Both the position numbers and the translations under genes were made by a program. Shown piece by piece: positions 16,525-24,108 of a DNA stretch of 33,046 bases (positions are counted from its first letter, which is position 1; every line of letters starts with the position of its first letter). The DNA lies in NCBI GenBank assembly GCA_027025395.1, contig JALVQQ010000202.1, positions 1 to 33,046 of the forward strand, in the 5' to 3' direction. This stretch comes from Deltaproteobacteria bacterium (GTDB taxonomy: Bacteria > Desulfobacterota > Dissulfuribacteria > Dissulfuribacterales > QOAL01). A model generated the notes under the pieces. That model was not told the origin of the DNA. It saw nothing but the letters and a program-made list of their open reading frames with translations, and made no database searches.

Positions 16525-17907
16525 TTATTCTTCGTCATATCCCCATTTTTTCAGCTTGGCCCTGAGGGTTTTCCTGTCAATTTTGAGGATTTTTGCCGCC
16601 TCGGTCCTGTTGCCTCCTGTCCTTTCAAGTATGCTAAGTATGTGTTTTTTTTCAGCCTCCTGCAGGGTCAGCGCACCGGAAAATTCTTCACGTTTGGCAG
16701 AAGCCCCCTGCCTTGCCATGGGGCGTTCCACGCTTCGCCTGAGCCCTGCGGCCTCGATGTCTTCCACGTCCACTGATTTGCGCGTGGCGAATATGACCAG
16801 GCGTTCCACCGCGTTTTCAAGTTCCCGCACGTTGCCGGGCCAGCTGTAACCCTGCATGAGCCTGGTTGCGGCAGGCGTAAGGCCAAGGCCGGGACGGTTA
16901 TATTTTTCACCCGCCTTTTTCAGGAAGTAATCGATAAGCAGGGGGATATCGTCCCTTCGCTCCCTCAGGGTAGGGGTCTTGATGGCCACCACGTTCAGCC
17001 TGAAGTAGAGATCTTCCCTGAATCTGCCCTCCTGCACCGCCTTTTTCAGGTCCTGGTTTGTGGCAGCGATAATTCTTACATCAACCTTGGTGATCCGCTG
17101 GCTGCCCACCCTGGAAATCTCCTTCTCCTCCACGGCCTTCAGGAGCTTGGCCTGGAGCTCAAGGTTGATGTTTGCTATTTCATCCAGAAAGAGCGTTCCA
17201 CCGCTTGCAAGCTCGAATTTGCCAACCTTGCCGGTTTCCGCCCCGGTAAATGCCCCCTTTACATGACCGAAGAGTTCGCTTTCAAAAAGCGACGGCACGA
17301 GGGTGGAGCAGTCAACCGAAACAAAGGGGTGTTCATGCCTGTGGCTCAATTCATGGATATGCCTTGCCAGAAGGCCCTTGCCGGTTCCGCTCTCTCCTGT
17401 GATAAGCACGGTGCTGTCGGTAGGGGCAAGGCGTTTTATCTGGTTGAATATTTTTAGCAGGGGCTGGCTCTGGCCTATTATGCAGACTTCGCCCTCCTTG
17501 CGTTTAAGCTCTTCGCGCAGGTAGAGGTTTTCAAGCGCCAGGCGCTTTGCATTGAGGGTGCGCCGGACTACAAGGCGCAGCTCGTCAGGCTCAAAGGGCT
17601 TTGGGAGGAAATCATTTGCCCCCATCCTCATGGCCTCCACAGCGTTCTGTATGGTGCCGTAGGCGGTTATCATTATTACCGGCAGGGTCTCATCCCGCCC
17701 CCGGATGGTCCTCAGAAGATCAAGGCCGTTCATGTCCGGCATCTTCAGATCCAGAAGCAGCAGGTCAAATTCATACTTGTCCAGCAGTCTGAGCGTCTCG
17801 GCCCCGGTGGACGCCTCGGTAATCTGGCAGCCAAGCCTGCTTAGCACCTGCGCGCATCCGTCGCTTATGTCCGGATCGTCATCTGCTATGAGTATTCTTT
17901 CTTTCAT
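16525..17907 (-). CDS. Sigma54-dependent response regulator (NtrC/AtoC family: REC-AAA+-Fis HTH)
   Basis: The REC domain is canonical (ILIADDDPD; DLLLLDLKMPDMNG; VIMITAYG; FLPKPF). The AAA+ domain has GESGTGKGLLARHIH, GAFTGA and LFLDEI. The C-terminal HTH is GNRTEAAKILKIDRKTLRAKL. Confidence 0.92.
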   Translation of the reverse strand: MKERILIADDDPDISDGCAQVLSRLGCQITEASTGAETLRLLDKYEFDLLLLDLKMPDMNGLDLLRTIRGRDETLPVIMITAYGTIQNAVEAMRMGANDFLPKPFEPDELRLVVRRTLNAKRLALENLYLREELKRKEGEVCIIGQSQPLLKIFNQIKRLAPTDSTVLITGESGTGKGLLARHIHELSHRHEHPFVSVDCSTLVPSLFESELFGHVKGAFTGAETGKVGKFELASGGTLFLDEIANINLELQAKLLKAVEEKEISRVGSQRITKVDVRIIAATNQDLKKAVQEGRFREDLYFRLNVVAIKTPTLRERRDDIPLLIDYFLKKAGEKYNRPGLGLTPAATRLMQGYSWPGNVRELENAVERLVIFATRKSVDVEDIEAAGLRRSVERPMARQGASAKREEFSGALTLQEAEKKHILSILERTGGNRTEAAKILKIDRKTLRAKLKKWGYDEE

Positions 17908-17947
17908 GGTCCTCTTGAGCAGTACGGATTGTATGGATTATGCCGGA

Positions 17948-18997
17948 TCAGGCCCCTGATGCGGAAATATTCACGGGAAAAATAAGCTCAAAGCTGGCCC
18001 CCTTGCCGGGAAGGCTCCGGACATTGATCTTTCCGCCGTGCCTCTGGACAATGCCGTGGGTTATGGAAAGCCCCAGCCCCGTGCCTCTGCCCGGACGTTT
18101 TGTAGTGAAAAACGGTTCAAAAATGCGCGCCTGTATCTCAGGTGGAATGCCCGGCCCGGTATCCTCAAAATTTATATTAATGGTCTTTGCTTCATCAGAA
18201 AAGTATGAAGTTACCACAAGGCGGCCCTGCCCTCTCATGGCCTCCCCCGCATTTATCATGAGATTGAGCACCACCTGCTCCAGCTGCCCCTTGTCACCCA
18301 TGAGATGCGGAAGGTCAGGGTCAAGATCAAACACTGTCTCAACATGCCTGAGAATCTTGTGATCTTCTATGAGCGAATACATGTCATTTATTGTTTTGTT
18401 CAGGTCAACAGGCGCATAGGTGCGCGAGGATGATCTGCCAAAGTTCAGCAGGCCTTTTGCTATGATCCTGCAGCGGGTGGCCAGTTTGATGATTTTTTCA
18501 AGGTTGGTCCTTGCCTGGCTGTTTGGCTCAAGGTCTTCATGTATGAGATTGGCGTAGAGCAGGATGCCGCCCAGGGGATTGTTTATTTCATGCGCTATCT
18601 CTCCGGCAAGCCTTCCCATTGCAGTCAGTTTTTCTGACTGGAGCATTGCGCCTTCCCAGTTTTTTTGCTGTGTGACGTCCCTTATGAGACTCTGGAAGAC
18701 GGCTATTCCGCCTTCCGAAAGATAGAGGGGCATGGTGGAGATTTCGATGTCAATGCTGCCGCCGCCCCTTTTTCTGCCTGCGGCCTCGCGCCTGCCAAGA
18801 CGGGGCCGTGAAAAGTGCCACGGGGCTATAAATTCTCCCATGAAGCGGTTTTCCATCTGCTCCGGACGTGAATAGTCCAGAAGTTTTATAAAGGCGGCAT
18901 TTACAAAGACGCACTTCTCGGCGGTATGGATAAGGGCAGGTTGCGGTATCCGGGCGATTATGTCCATCGCCTCATCAGGAAGGTTGTCAAGGCTCAT
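17948..18997 (-). CDS. Cytoplasmic PAS-domain sensor histidine kinase
   Basis: No TM segment is visible. After a PAS-like N-terminus come the H-box AGEIAHEINNPLGG, the N-box NLMINAGEAM, G1 DTGPGIP and G2 GTGLGLSI. Confidence 0.88.
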   Translation of the reverse strand: MSLDNLPDEAMDIIARIPQPALIHTAEKCVFVNAAFIKLLDYSRPEQMENRFMGEFIAPWHFSRPRLGRREAAGRKRGGGSIDIEISTMPLYLSEGGIAVFQSLIRDVTQQKNWEGAMLQSEKLTAMGRLAGEIAHEINNPLGGILLYANLIHEDLEPNSQARTNLEKIIKLATRCRIIAKGLLNFGRSSSRTYAPVDLNKTINDMYSLIEDHKILRHVETVFDLDPDLPHLMGDKGQLEQVVLNLMINAGEAMRGQGRLVVTSYFSDEAKTININFEDTGPGIPPEIQARIFEPFFTTKRPGRGTGLGLSITHGIVQRHGGKINVRSLPGKGASFELIFPVNISASGA

Positions 18998-19106
18998 TTT
19001 TAAACCTTTTTTGTTGCTGTTTCAACCAAAATAGCCTGCAAATGCCAGGCGCTGACGCCGGCGAGGCCAAATCCGCCGGAGCGCCGGGCAGTTTCAACAT
19101 GCAGAC

Positions 19107-20207
19107 TTACCCCTTGATATTTATCAGAGGTCTGATGTGATGCAGCACCTCGATCATGTCTGACTGCTGACGCATTACATCAAAAATATTCTTGTATGCA
19201 AACGGTGATTCATCAAGGGTGCCCCTGCCAACCCGGGCTGTTATTCCCTGCATGGTTTCCATGAATTTCCTGGGGCTGAGTTTTTTTCTGGCCTGTCTGC
19301 GCCCCATGATCCTGCCGGCCCCATGAGAGCTTGACCAAAGCGAGTCAGGGTTGCCCTTTCCCCTGACAATAAAGGAGCCGTCCCGCATATTGCCAGGGAT
19401 GACCCCGAGCATCCCCTCTTCAGCATGAGTGGCGCCTTTTCGGTGAATCCACAGGCCGTTTTTGAACTCTGCGTGGTTGTGGTTGCGGTTTATGAGCCTG
19501 CTCCAGACTGCATCGCCCTCGCAGTACCGACCCGTTTCATCCACAATCCTCCGCATCATCTCCCTGCGGTTCTCCAGGGCGAACTCAAGCGCCCAGTTCA
19601 TGTCGTTTATGTATGCCCTGCCCGCGTCGCTCTTTGCGTCAAGGCCGAAATGCCCTTCTCTGGCCCTTTTGTCCCCGCTTGCTATTTTCATGTATTCCGT
19701 TGCGATTCCGTGGCCAACACCACGGGAGCCGGAGTGAATTACAATCCATATTCTGTCCGATTCGTCATAACCGATTTCAATGAAATGATTGCCGCCGCCA
19801 AGGGAGCCAAGCGCCTTGAAGCCCTTGCGGCTTTCAAAGGCCCTTCGCCCCGTGCCGCTTAGCTTGCGGGGATCCAGGCTGGTGTCGGGAGGGGTGTCGT
19901 TTACGTTGAATCCAACCGGGATTCTCCTGTATATGCCCCGGAATATTTCATGGCGCATGTTTTCAATGTCCCGTCGCCTGAAAGTGGTGGGCAGTGCACA
20001 CATGCCGCAGCCTATGTCGTACCCGACCCATGCGGGCACCACTACTCCATCGGTCGCCACTACACCCCCAATGGGGAGGGAATAGCCCGTATGCGCATCA
20101 GGCATCAGGGCGCCTTTAATGGCAAAGTCCTGCTCCATGGCGCTTCTGAACTGTTCCAGCGCCTTGGGCTCTATTTTTTTGCCGAAAATTTTGACCTTGC
20201 CGGACAT
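19107..20207 (-). CDS. rtcB: RNA ligase RtcB (short ~366-aa form)
   Basis: The metal/GTP-site motifs are MPDAHTGYSLPIGGV, GYDIGCGM, GGGNHFIE, HSGSRGVGH, the guanylyl-His motif HRKGATHA, IPGNM.DGSFIV and SSSHGAGR. ATG 20207 is preceded by GGGGAGAGG. The ORF-track start at TTG 20240 is less likely. Confidence 0.9.
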   Translation of the reverse strand: MSGKVKIFGKKIEPKALEQFRSAMEQDFAIKGALMPDAHTGYSLPIGGVVATDGVVVPAWVGYDIGCGMCALPTTFRRRDIENMRHEIFRGIYRRIPVGFNVNDTPPDTSLDPRKLSGTGRRAFESRKGFKALGSLGGGNHFIEIGYDESDRIWIVIHSGSRGVGHGIATEYMKIASGDKRAREGHFGLDAKSDAGRAYINDMNWALEFALENRREMMRRIVDETGRYCEGDAVWSRLINRNHNHAEFKNGLWIHRKGATHAEEGMLGVIPGNMRDGSFIVRGKGNPDSLWSSSHGAGRIMGRRQARKKLSPRKFMETMQGITARVGRGTLDESPFAYKNIFDVMRQQSDMIEVLHHIRPLINIKG

Positions 20208-20413
20208 GGCTGGCACCTCTCCCCAATCTCGGTTTGACAACGCAGGATTTTATGCACGTCCGCAAAACAGGGCCCCTGTTTGACTGTTGACTCCTGGTGA
20301 CTGCAAAAGGCGCGCGGCAGCCATTACGCTCAAACCGGGTAAAAACAGAAAAAGCCGCATCTCGCGTCAAATTTCAGGTCATGGAGCCATTTCGGGATAC
20401 TTCCGCACCCGGG

Positions 20414-20998
20414 TCATGCGCCCAGAAGATACGCCATGAGCAGGATTTTTGCATTATGCTCCAGACACTCCATAAGCTGAAAGGCGCGTGCCAGGTTTGC
20501 CCCTCTTGATACGGCTCCATGCCGCTCCAGTATGAATACCGGCCCGCATCTTACATGGGCGGCCGCAGCCCTGGCCAGCTCAATCGTGCCGGGCGGGGCA
20601 TACGGGACCTCGGCTACTTCGCCAAGGAGGATTTCGGTCTCCGCAAGCCTGGAGGAGTCGAACCCTTTCCCCGCCAGGGAAAGCGCAAGGGCACAGGGGG
20701 CATGGGTATGCACAATCGCCATGCACTCAGGATCTGCCTGGTAAATCGCAAGGTGCATGGGAAACTCGGTTGATACTTCTCCCGGGCCTTCAATCACAGT
20801 GCCGGAACTGTCGGTTACAACAAGCTGTTCAGGTTCAATGAAACCCTTGTGGGCGCCGCGTGGCGTGGCGACGATGGTTCCGTCCCCGCACTTGACGGAG
20901 ATGTTGCCGTCAGCCCCTGCCAGAAGCCCCTTGTTATAGAGCTGGCGGCAGATGGCTGCTATCTCGTGTCTTGTGTCTGTCAGGTTTGTATCTTTCAT
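20414..20998 (-). CDS. Class II aldolase/adducin-family protein (FucA/AraD/MtnB-like)
   Basis: GLLAGADGNISVK, the metal-site motif VHTHAPCALALS and the overall ~200-aa size fit the family. Alternative starts are ATG 21022 and TTG 21037, and none has a clear SD. The ATG 20998 N-terminus (MKDTNLTDTRHEIAAICRQL) aligns best with FucA-like proteins. Confidence 0.75.
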   Translation of the reverse strand: MKDTNLTDTRHEIAAICRQLYNKGLLAGADGNISVKCGDGTIVATPRGAHKGFIEPEQLVVTDSSGTVIEGPGEVSTEFPMHLAIYQADPECMAIVHTHAPCALALSLAGKGFDSSRLAETEILLGEVAEVPYAPPGTIELARAAAAHVRCGPVFILERHGAVSRGANLARAFQLMECLEHNAKILLMAYLLGA

Positions 20999-21045
20999 TT
21001 CAGGGGCTAACAGGCTGTTCATGGGGCCTGGCCACAACCGACCTG

Positions 21046-21429
21046 TCAGGCCAGGTGCTGGTATTTGTCTGTAACACCTGCCTTGACCGCATCCAGTGCG
21101 CTTGATAGGGCGGCTATAACATTTCCGCGTGTATCTCCAGCCACGCCCAGCAGCATTATGTCGTCTCCCACCTCAAGCGTTCCTTCGACGATCCATGCGT
21201 CAACCGCGACAATTCCATTCATGGCTGCAGTTTTATGCAGGATTGCCGCCAGTTTTTCTGCATCCGCCCTTACATCTATTTTCACTACCCGGTTCCCTGC
21301 AAGGTCATTGGAGCGGACAAAACCGTAGTGTATAAGTATCATTCCCGCGTCCTGAATGCGGGCGCTTGCCTTGAGTCCCTGCCTGAAGGCGTTAATATCG
21401 AGTTTCACGGGGCCTTTTACTATTTTCAT
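21046..21429 (-). CDS. Small MoaE-like (molybdopterin synthase large-subunit fold) protein, function unknown
   Basis: The 127-aa protein runs in parallel with E. coli MoaE as I recall it. DAGMILIHYGFVRSNDLAGNRV compares with DGAVVTFTGKVRNHNLGDSV. GTLEVGDDIMLLGVAGDTRGNVIAALSSALDAVKAGV compares with GELWPGDEIVFVGVTSAHRSSAFEAGQFIMDYLKTRAP. The FWKRE lysine motif is not evident. This is a by-eye similarity only. Confidence 0.35.
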   Translation of the reverse strand: MKIVKGPVKLDINAFRQGLKASARIQDAGMILIHYGFVRSNDLAGNRVVKIDVRADAEKLAAILHKTAAMNGIVAVDAWIVEGTLEVGDDIMLLGVAGDTRGNVIAALSSALDAVKAGVTDKYQHLA

Positions 21430-21548
21430 TTTTCCACCACTTGTTGAGGGTTATTGACACGTATCATGCCGGGCGGCATCCAGCCATGAAAAACGGGCAA
21501 AAGCTCCCTGCATCTTTAATGGCGATGAATTGAATGTGCATAACCAAA

Positions 21549-22529
21549 TTACCTGAATCCGCCTTTTCTGTACAGCCTCCAGGCCAGCACCACGGCAGCG
21601 ACAGGGGGAAAACGCCGCAGCGCAGGCGATGCCTCAACTCTCACTCCCGAATGCCGCTCCACCTTCCACAGTATGTAGTCCATTCCTCCCCTGAAGGTAA
21701 AGGCCGCCTTGCAAAGCCGCAATACCGAGAGAATCTTGCCCTGAACGGCACGCAGCCTCCAGGACCGTCCGCACATGGCCCTTTCGCTCCTGAAGGACGG
21801 CAGGCCCAGGCTCGGCCTGGCGGCAAGGCCATCTGCCCCCGCCGTTTTGCAGAGCCGCAAATCGTGATGTTCGAGAGAAACATAAGGCGCGGCGGCAGCC
21901 AGCAGATTGTCAAAGTGCGCGGAGAAAGCGGAGTAAAGGCTCACTGCCCTGTCTGGCCCTTCGGAACGGAGTTCTGTCCCGTAGCTGAGACGCAGCCCCT
22001 CTTTCCAGAACTCCTCGGATGTGAAATTGTCATTCATGCATGGAGTCACCGCCTCTGCAAACGAAATGACGGCGGAGGCAAGTGCGTTGAGTACGCGTCT
22101 TTCATGGCTGCAGGAGCGGCAGTAAACAAGCGCGCATGGCTGGCAGAAACGTCCCCAGATATATGAGCTGAACCAGCGGGAGGCGCCCTTTTCAAAATCA
22201 TCCAGGCTGATTACCGCATATTTTGCCCTTATTACAGTTCCGCGGTGCGGCACTTCCAGGAGGTACACATTTGGGGGAAGAAGCGCATTTGCAATGGCCG
22301 GCAGCCTTTTCCCGCGGAAGGCACGGACATAGCTGTCCACCAGCACATAAAGATCCATAAGGCCTTCAAGCTCGCTTCCTGTCCTGAGGCATGAGCCATA
22401 ATAGAGTATTGCGGCTACAGAGCCTCCAAAGCGCGCTCTTATGGCCCGGGTCATGGCGTCAAGGGGCGGAGACGCTTCATGTCTGATATTTTTGCCGATG
22501 GCTGCCAGGAGTTTGAAGGGTTTTTTCAT
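21549..22529 (-). CDS. Nucleotidyltransferase-fold protein resembling Tam41/Mmp37 (CDP-diacylglycerol synthase, mitochondrial type)
   Basis: A pol-beta-type NTase motif is present in LYYGSCLRTGSELEGLMDLYVLVD. Downstream, NVYLLEVP....IRAKYAVISLDDFEKGASRWFSSYIWGRFCQP parallels the Tam41 signature (GVYFNP....VKYGVVS...L..D...W...YLAGRLQKP). No TM segment is obvious. The assignment comes from remembered motifs, not a search. Confidence 0.5.
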   Translation of the reverse strand: MKKPFKLLAAIGKNIRHEASPPLDAMTRAIRARFGGSVAAILYYGSCLRTGSELEGLMDLYVLVDSYVRAFRGKRLPAIANALLPPNVYLLEVPHRGTVIRAKYAVISLDDFEKGASRWFSSYIWGRFCQPCALVYCRSCSHERRVLNALASAVISFAEAVTPCMNDNFTSEEFWKEGLRLSYGTELRSEGPDRAVSLYSAFSAHFDNLLAAAAPYVSLEHHDLRLCKTAGADGLAARPSLGLPSFRSERAMCGRSWRLRAVQGKILSVLRLCKAAFTFRGGMDYILWKVERHSGVRVEASPALRRFPPVAAVVLAWRLYRKGGFR

Positions 22530-22706
22530 AAAATCGCATATCCTGCCGCCCGGGCGGTGCGGTCATCTTTGTGATGCAAAGCCGGCGCGACGGGCTCCAG
22601 CCCGGTTTTCATGGAGAAAACAGGACAGGTATAAAGGCCTGCTTATGGTTACATCGTCCAGAGTATATCAAGATTTGCACTGCAATACGGCGCAATGTGG
22701 TTGCGG

Positions 22707-23714
22707 CTAAATTTTCAGGAATTCGAGCCTGGGGCCCTGTTCAATGGTTATGGGTATCTGTCTGCCGTGTGTTGAATAAAGCTCTCCGTCCACGGTGAAA
22801 TCCCCGTTAAATTCAACGGTTATTTTACGGAATACCTGGCATGAGTAGCCATCTTCCAGCCGTGGCGGCCTTTTTGCCAGGCCGCCGATCCGGCCAGCCA
22901 GATTGAAAAAAAGCCTGCGCGGCCTTTCTCCCACGGTGGTGCACCAGGGACCCTGCGCGCCAGGAATCCAGCATGGCCTGATGCCGAGGATAAGTTTGTT
23001 GATGGTGCCGGCGAGTACAAGATGGAATTGCCGGAAAGGGGGTGCGGGAGAGTCTTCGTTCCGGCTGCCTTGGGAGATGGAACCGACGCGGGCAGTCAAA
23101 GGCGTGGCCGCCTTCCTGTCCCCTGACGCCAGGGCCAGGAGAAACCTGGCCATTATAAAGATGTTGGATGCCACCCTGTACTTGCCCATGATTTCCGCCT
23201 TTTGGTGAAAGAAACGGATGCCGCGGCATATCAGCCCTGCGCCGAACAGAAAGCCGTACAGCGGTTCTTCAAGCCCGGGGCCATGGACCTTCAGTGTGCA
23301 GCTGCGGCGCACTTCAGGCTCCCTGGCCTTCTCGTTATTGCATATGCGCCTGAGAAGCCGGTGAATGGCCTTGTCGGGCCGTCCCCCAAGCCCCAGATTC
23401 CTTGCGGTAAGATTTGCGGTGCCCCCCTGAATCAGCGCCACAGCTGGCAATGTCCTGAAAGGCGTCCTGTTAAGCAGACAGCATGCCGCGGCATGCACCG
23501 TCCCGTCCCCGCCGCTTAAAACCAGCAGGTTTATCCTTCGGGCCGCCAGCTGGAAGAGCGCCTTCTGCATATCATCCGGAGTTACAGCCTTCAGAAATGG
23601 CACCTGGGGGAACCCGGCAACCGCCTTTTCAATTCCCCGCATGCTCCTGCTGTTTGCGCGGGCACGGGGATTTACTATGATTCCGGGACGCAGCTGTCTG
23701 TTTTTCATCTCCAT
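22707..23714 (-). CDS. Diacylglycerol-kinase catalytic-domain lipid kinase (YegS/BmrU-like)
   Basis: IIVNPRARANS, the nucleotide-site motif LLVLSGGDGTVHAA and IQGGTANLTARNLGL are the DAGK_cat signatures. The ORF is open to 23780. ATG 23714 (MEMKNRQ...) or ATG 23708 is more plausible than the Arg/Cys-rich extension. Confidence 0.8.
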   Translation of the reverse strand: MEMKNRQLRPGIIVNPRARANSRSMRGIEKAVAGFPQVPFLKAVTPDDMQKALFQLAARRINLLVLSGGDGTVHAAACCLLNRTPFRTLPAVALIQGGTANLTARNLGLGGRPDKAIHRLLRRICNNEKAREPEVRRSCTLKVHGPGLEEPLYGFLFGAGLICRGIRFFHQKAEIMGKYRVASNIFIMARFLLALASGDRKAATPLTARVGSISQGSRNEDSPAPPFRQFHLVLAGTINKLILGIRPCWIPGAQGPWCTTVGERPRRLFFNLAGRIGGLAKRPPRLEDGYSCQVFRKITVEFNGDFTVDGELYSTHGRQIPITIEQGPRLEFLKI

Positions 23715-23814
23715 GTTACAGGTCCATGCGCGGCATTTGAGTGACCGGCCCGGCAAGAGATGTGCAGGCCTGACGGTCATGATTTTCCGTTTTTTGCATC
23801 AGGCTTCCTGCGGT

Positions 23815-23834
23815 ACCGGTTATTGTAAACCGGT
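23815..23834. promoter_or_regulatory. Perfect inverted repeat ACCGGTT-N6-AACCGGT in a divergent intergenic region (candidate regulator binding site)
   Basis: accggtt (23815-23821), attgta, aaccggt (23828-23834). The arms are exact reverse complements. The repeat lies between the lipid-kinase gene (-) and the sigma54 response-regulator gene (+). Confidence 0.4.
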
Positions 23835-23886
23835 GAAGCGCCGCATGACACCGCGGCGGCAGGTTCGGGGCAAGCGCCATGTTGTC

Positions 23887-23914
23887 TTTACACAGGTCTT
23901 TGCATTATTATACT
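23887..23914 (+). promoter_or_regulatory. Candidate sigma70 promoter TTTACA-N16-TATACT upstream of the response-regulator gene
   Basis: TTTACA is at 23887-23892, a 16-nt spacer follows, and TATACT is at 23909-23914. The element lies ~195 nt upstream of ATG 24109. This is a motif match only. Confidence 0.25.
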
Positions 23915-24108
23915 GCATGTGCAGGTGTTTTTCCGGCTGCGTACACAGTGGGCAGCGGTTCACATTGCCGCAGGAGTGTCAGGGCGCGGCGTCCCTGTCC
24001 TGTTATGCCGGGGCTTTCTCATGCATGAATGCGTGCAGCCTGCTTTTGTCCATCTCTTTTAATATCTTATTCGTGCCGTGTCGATAAACACCATACGGGA
24101 GGCGCTAA

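Noticed and set aside
20211-20226. TGGCAC on the plus strand, overlapping the rtcB start region.
   Set aside because: No TTGC follows at the -12 position (the sequence is CTCTCCCCAA). The orientation also points away from any plus-strand gene.
20261-20276. A minus-strand GGGGCC-N5-TTTTGCG element as a sigma54 promoter for rtcB.
   Set aside because: The GG/GC spacing fits, but the -24 hexamer is poor (GGGGCC versus TGGCAC). The match is simply one arm of the 15-nt palindrome, so it is more economically explained as a hairpin or operator.
21455-21520. A possible terminator or promoter between the Tam41-like and MoaE-like genes (ATGCCG-CC-CGGCAT palindrome; TGGATG-N5-CGGCA).
   Set aside because: The palindrome has a 2-nt loop and no U-tract. 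The -24/-12-like match lacks the TT of TTGC and has a poor -24 hexamer.
23641-24087. A 148-aa plus-strand ORF spanning the divergent intergenic region.
   Set aside because: It starts inside the lipid-kinase gene on the opposite strand. Its translation is Cys/Arg/Phe-rich with no motifs, and it crosses the promoter-like AT-rich segments.
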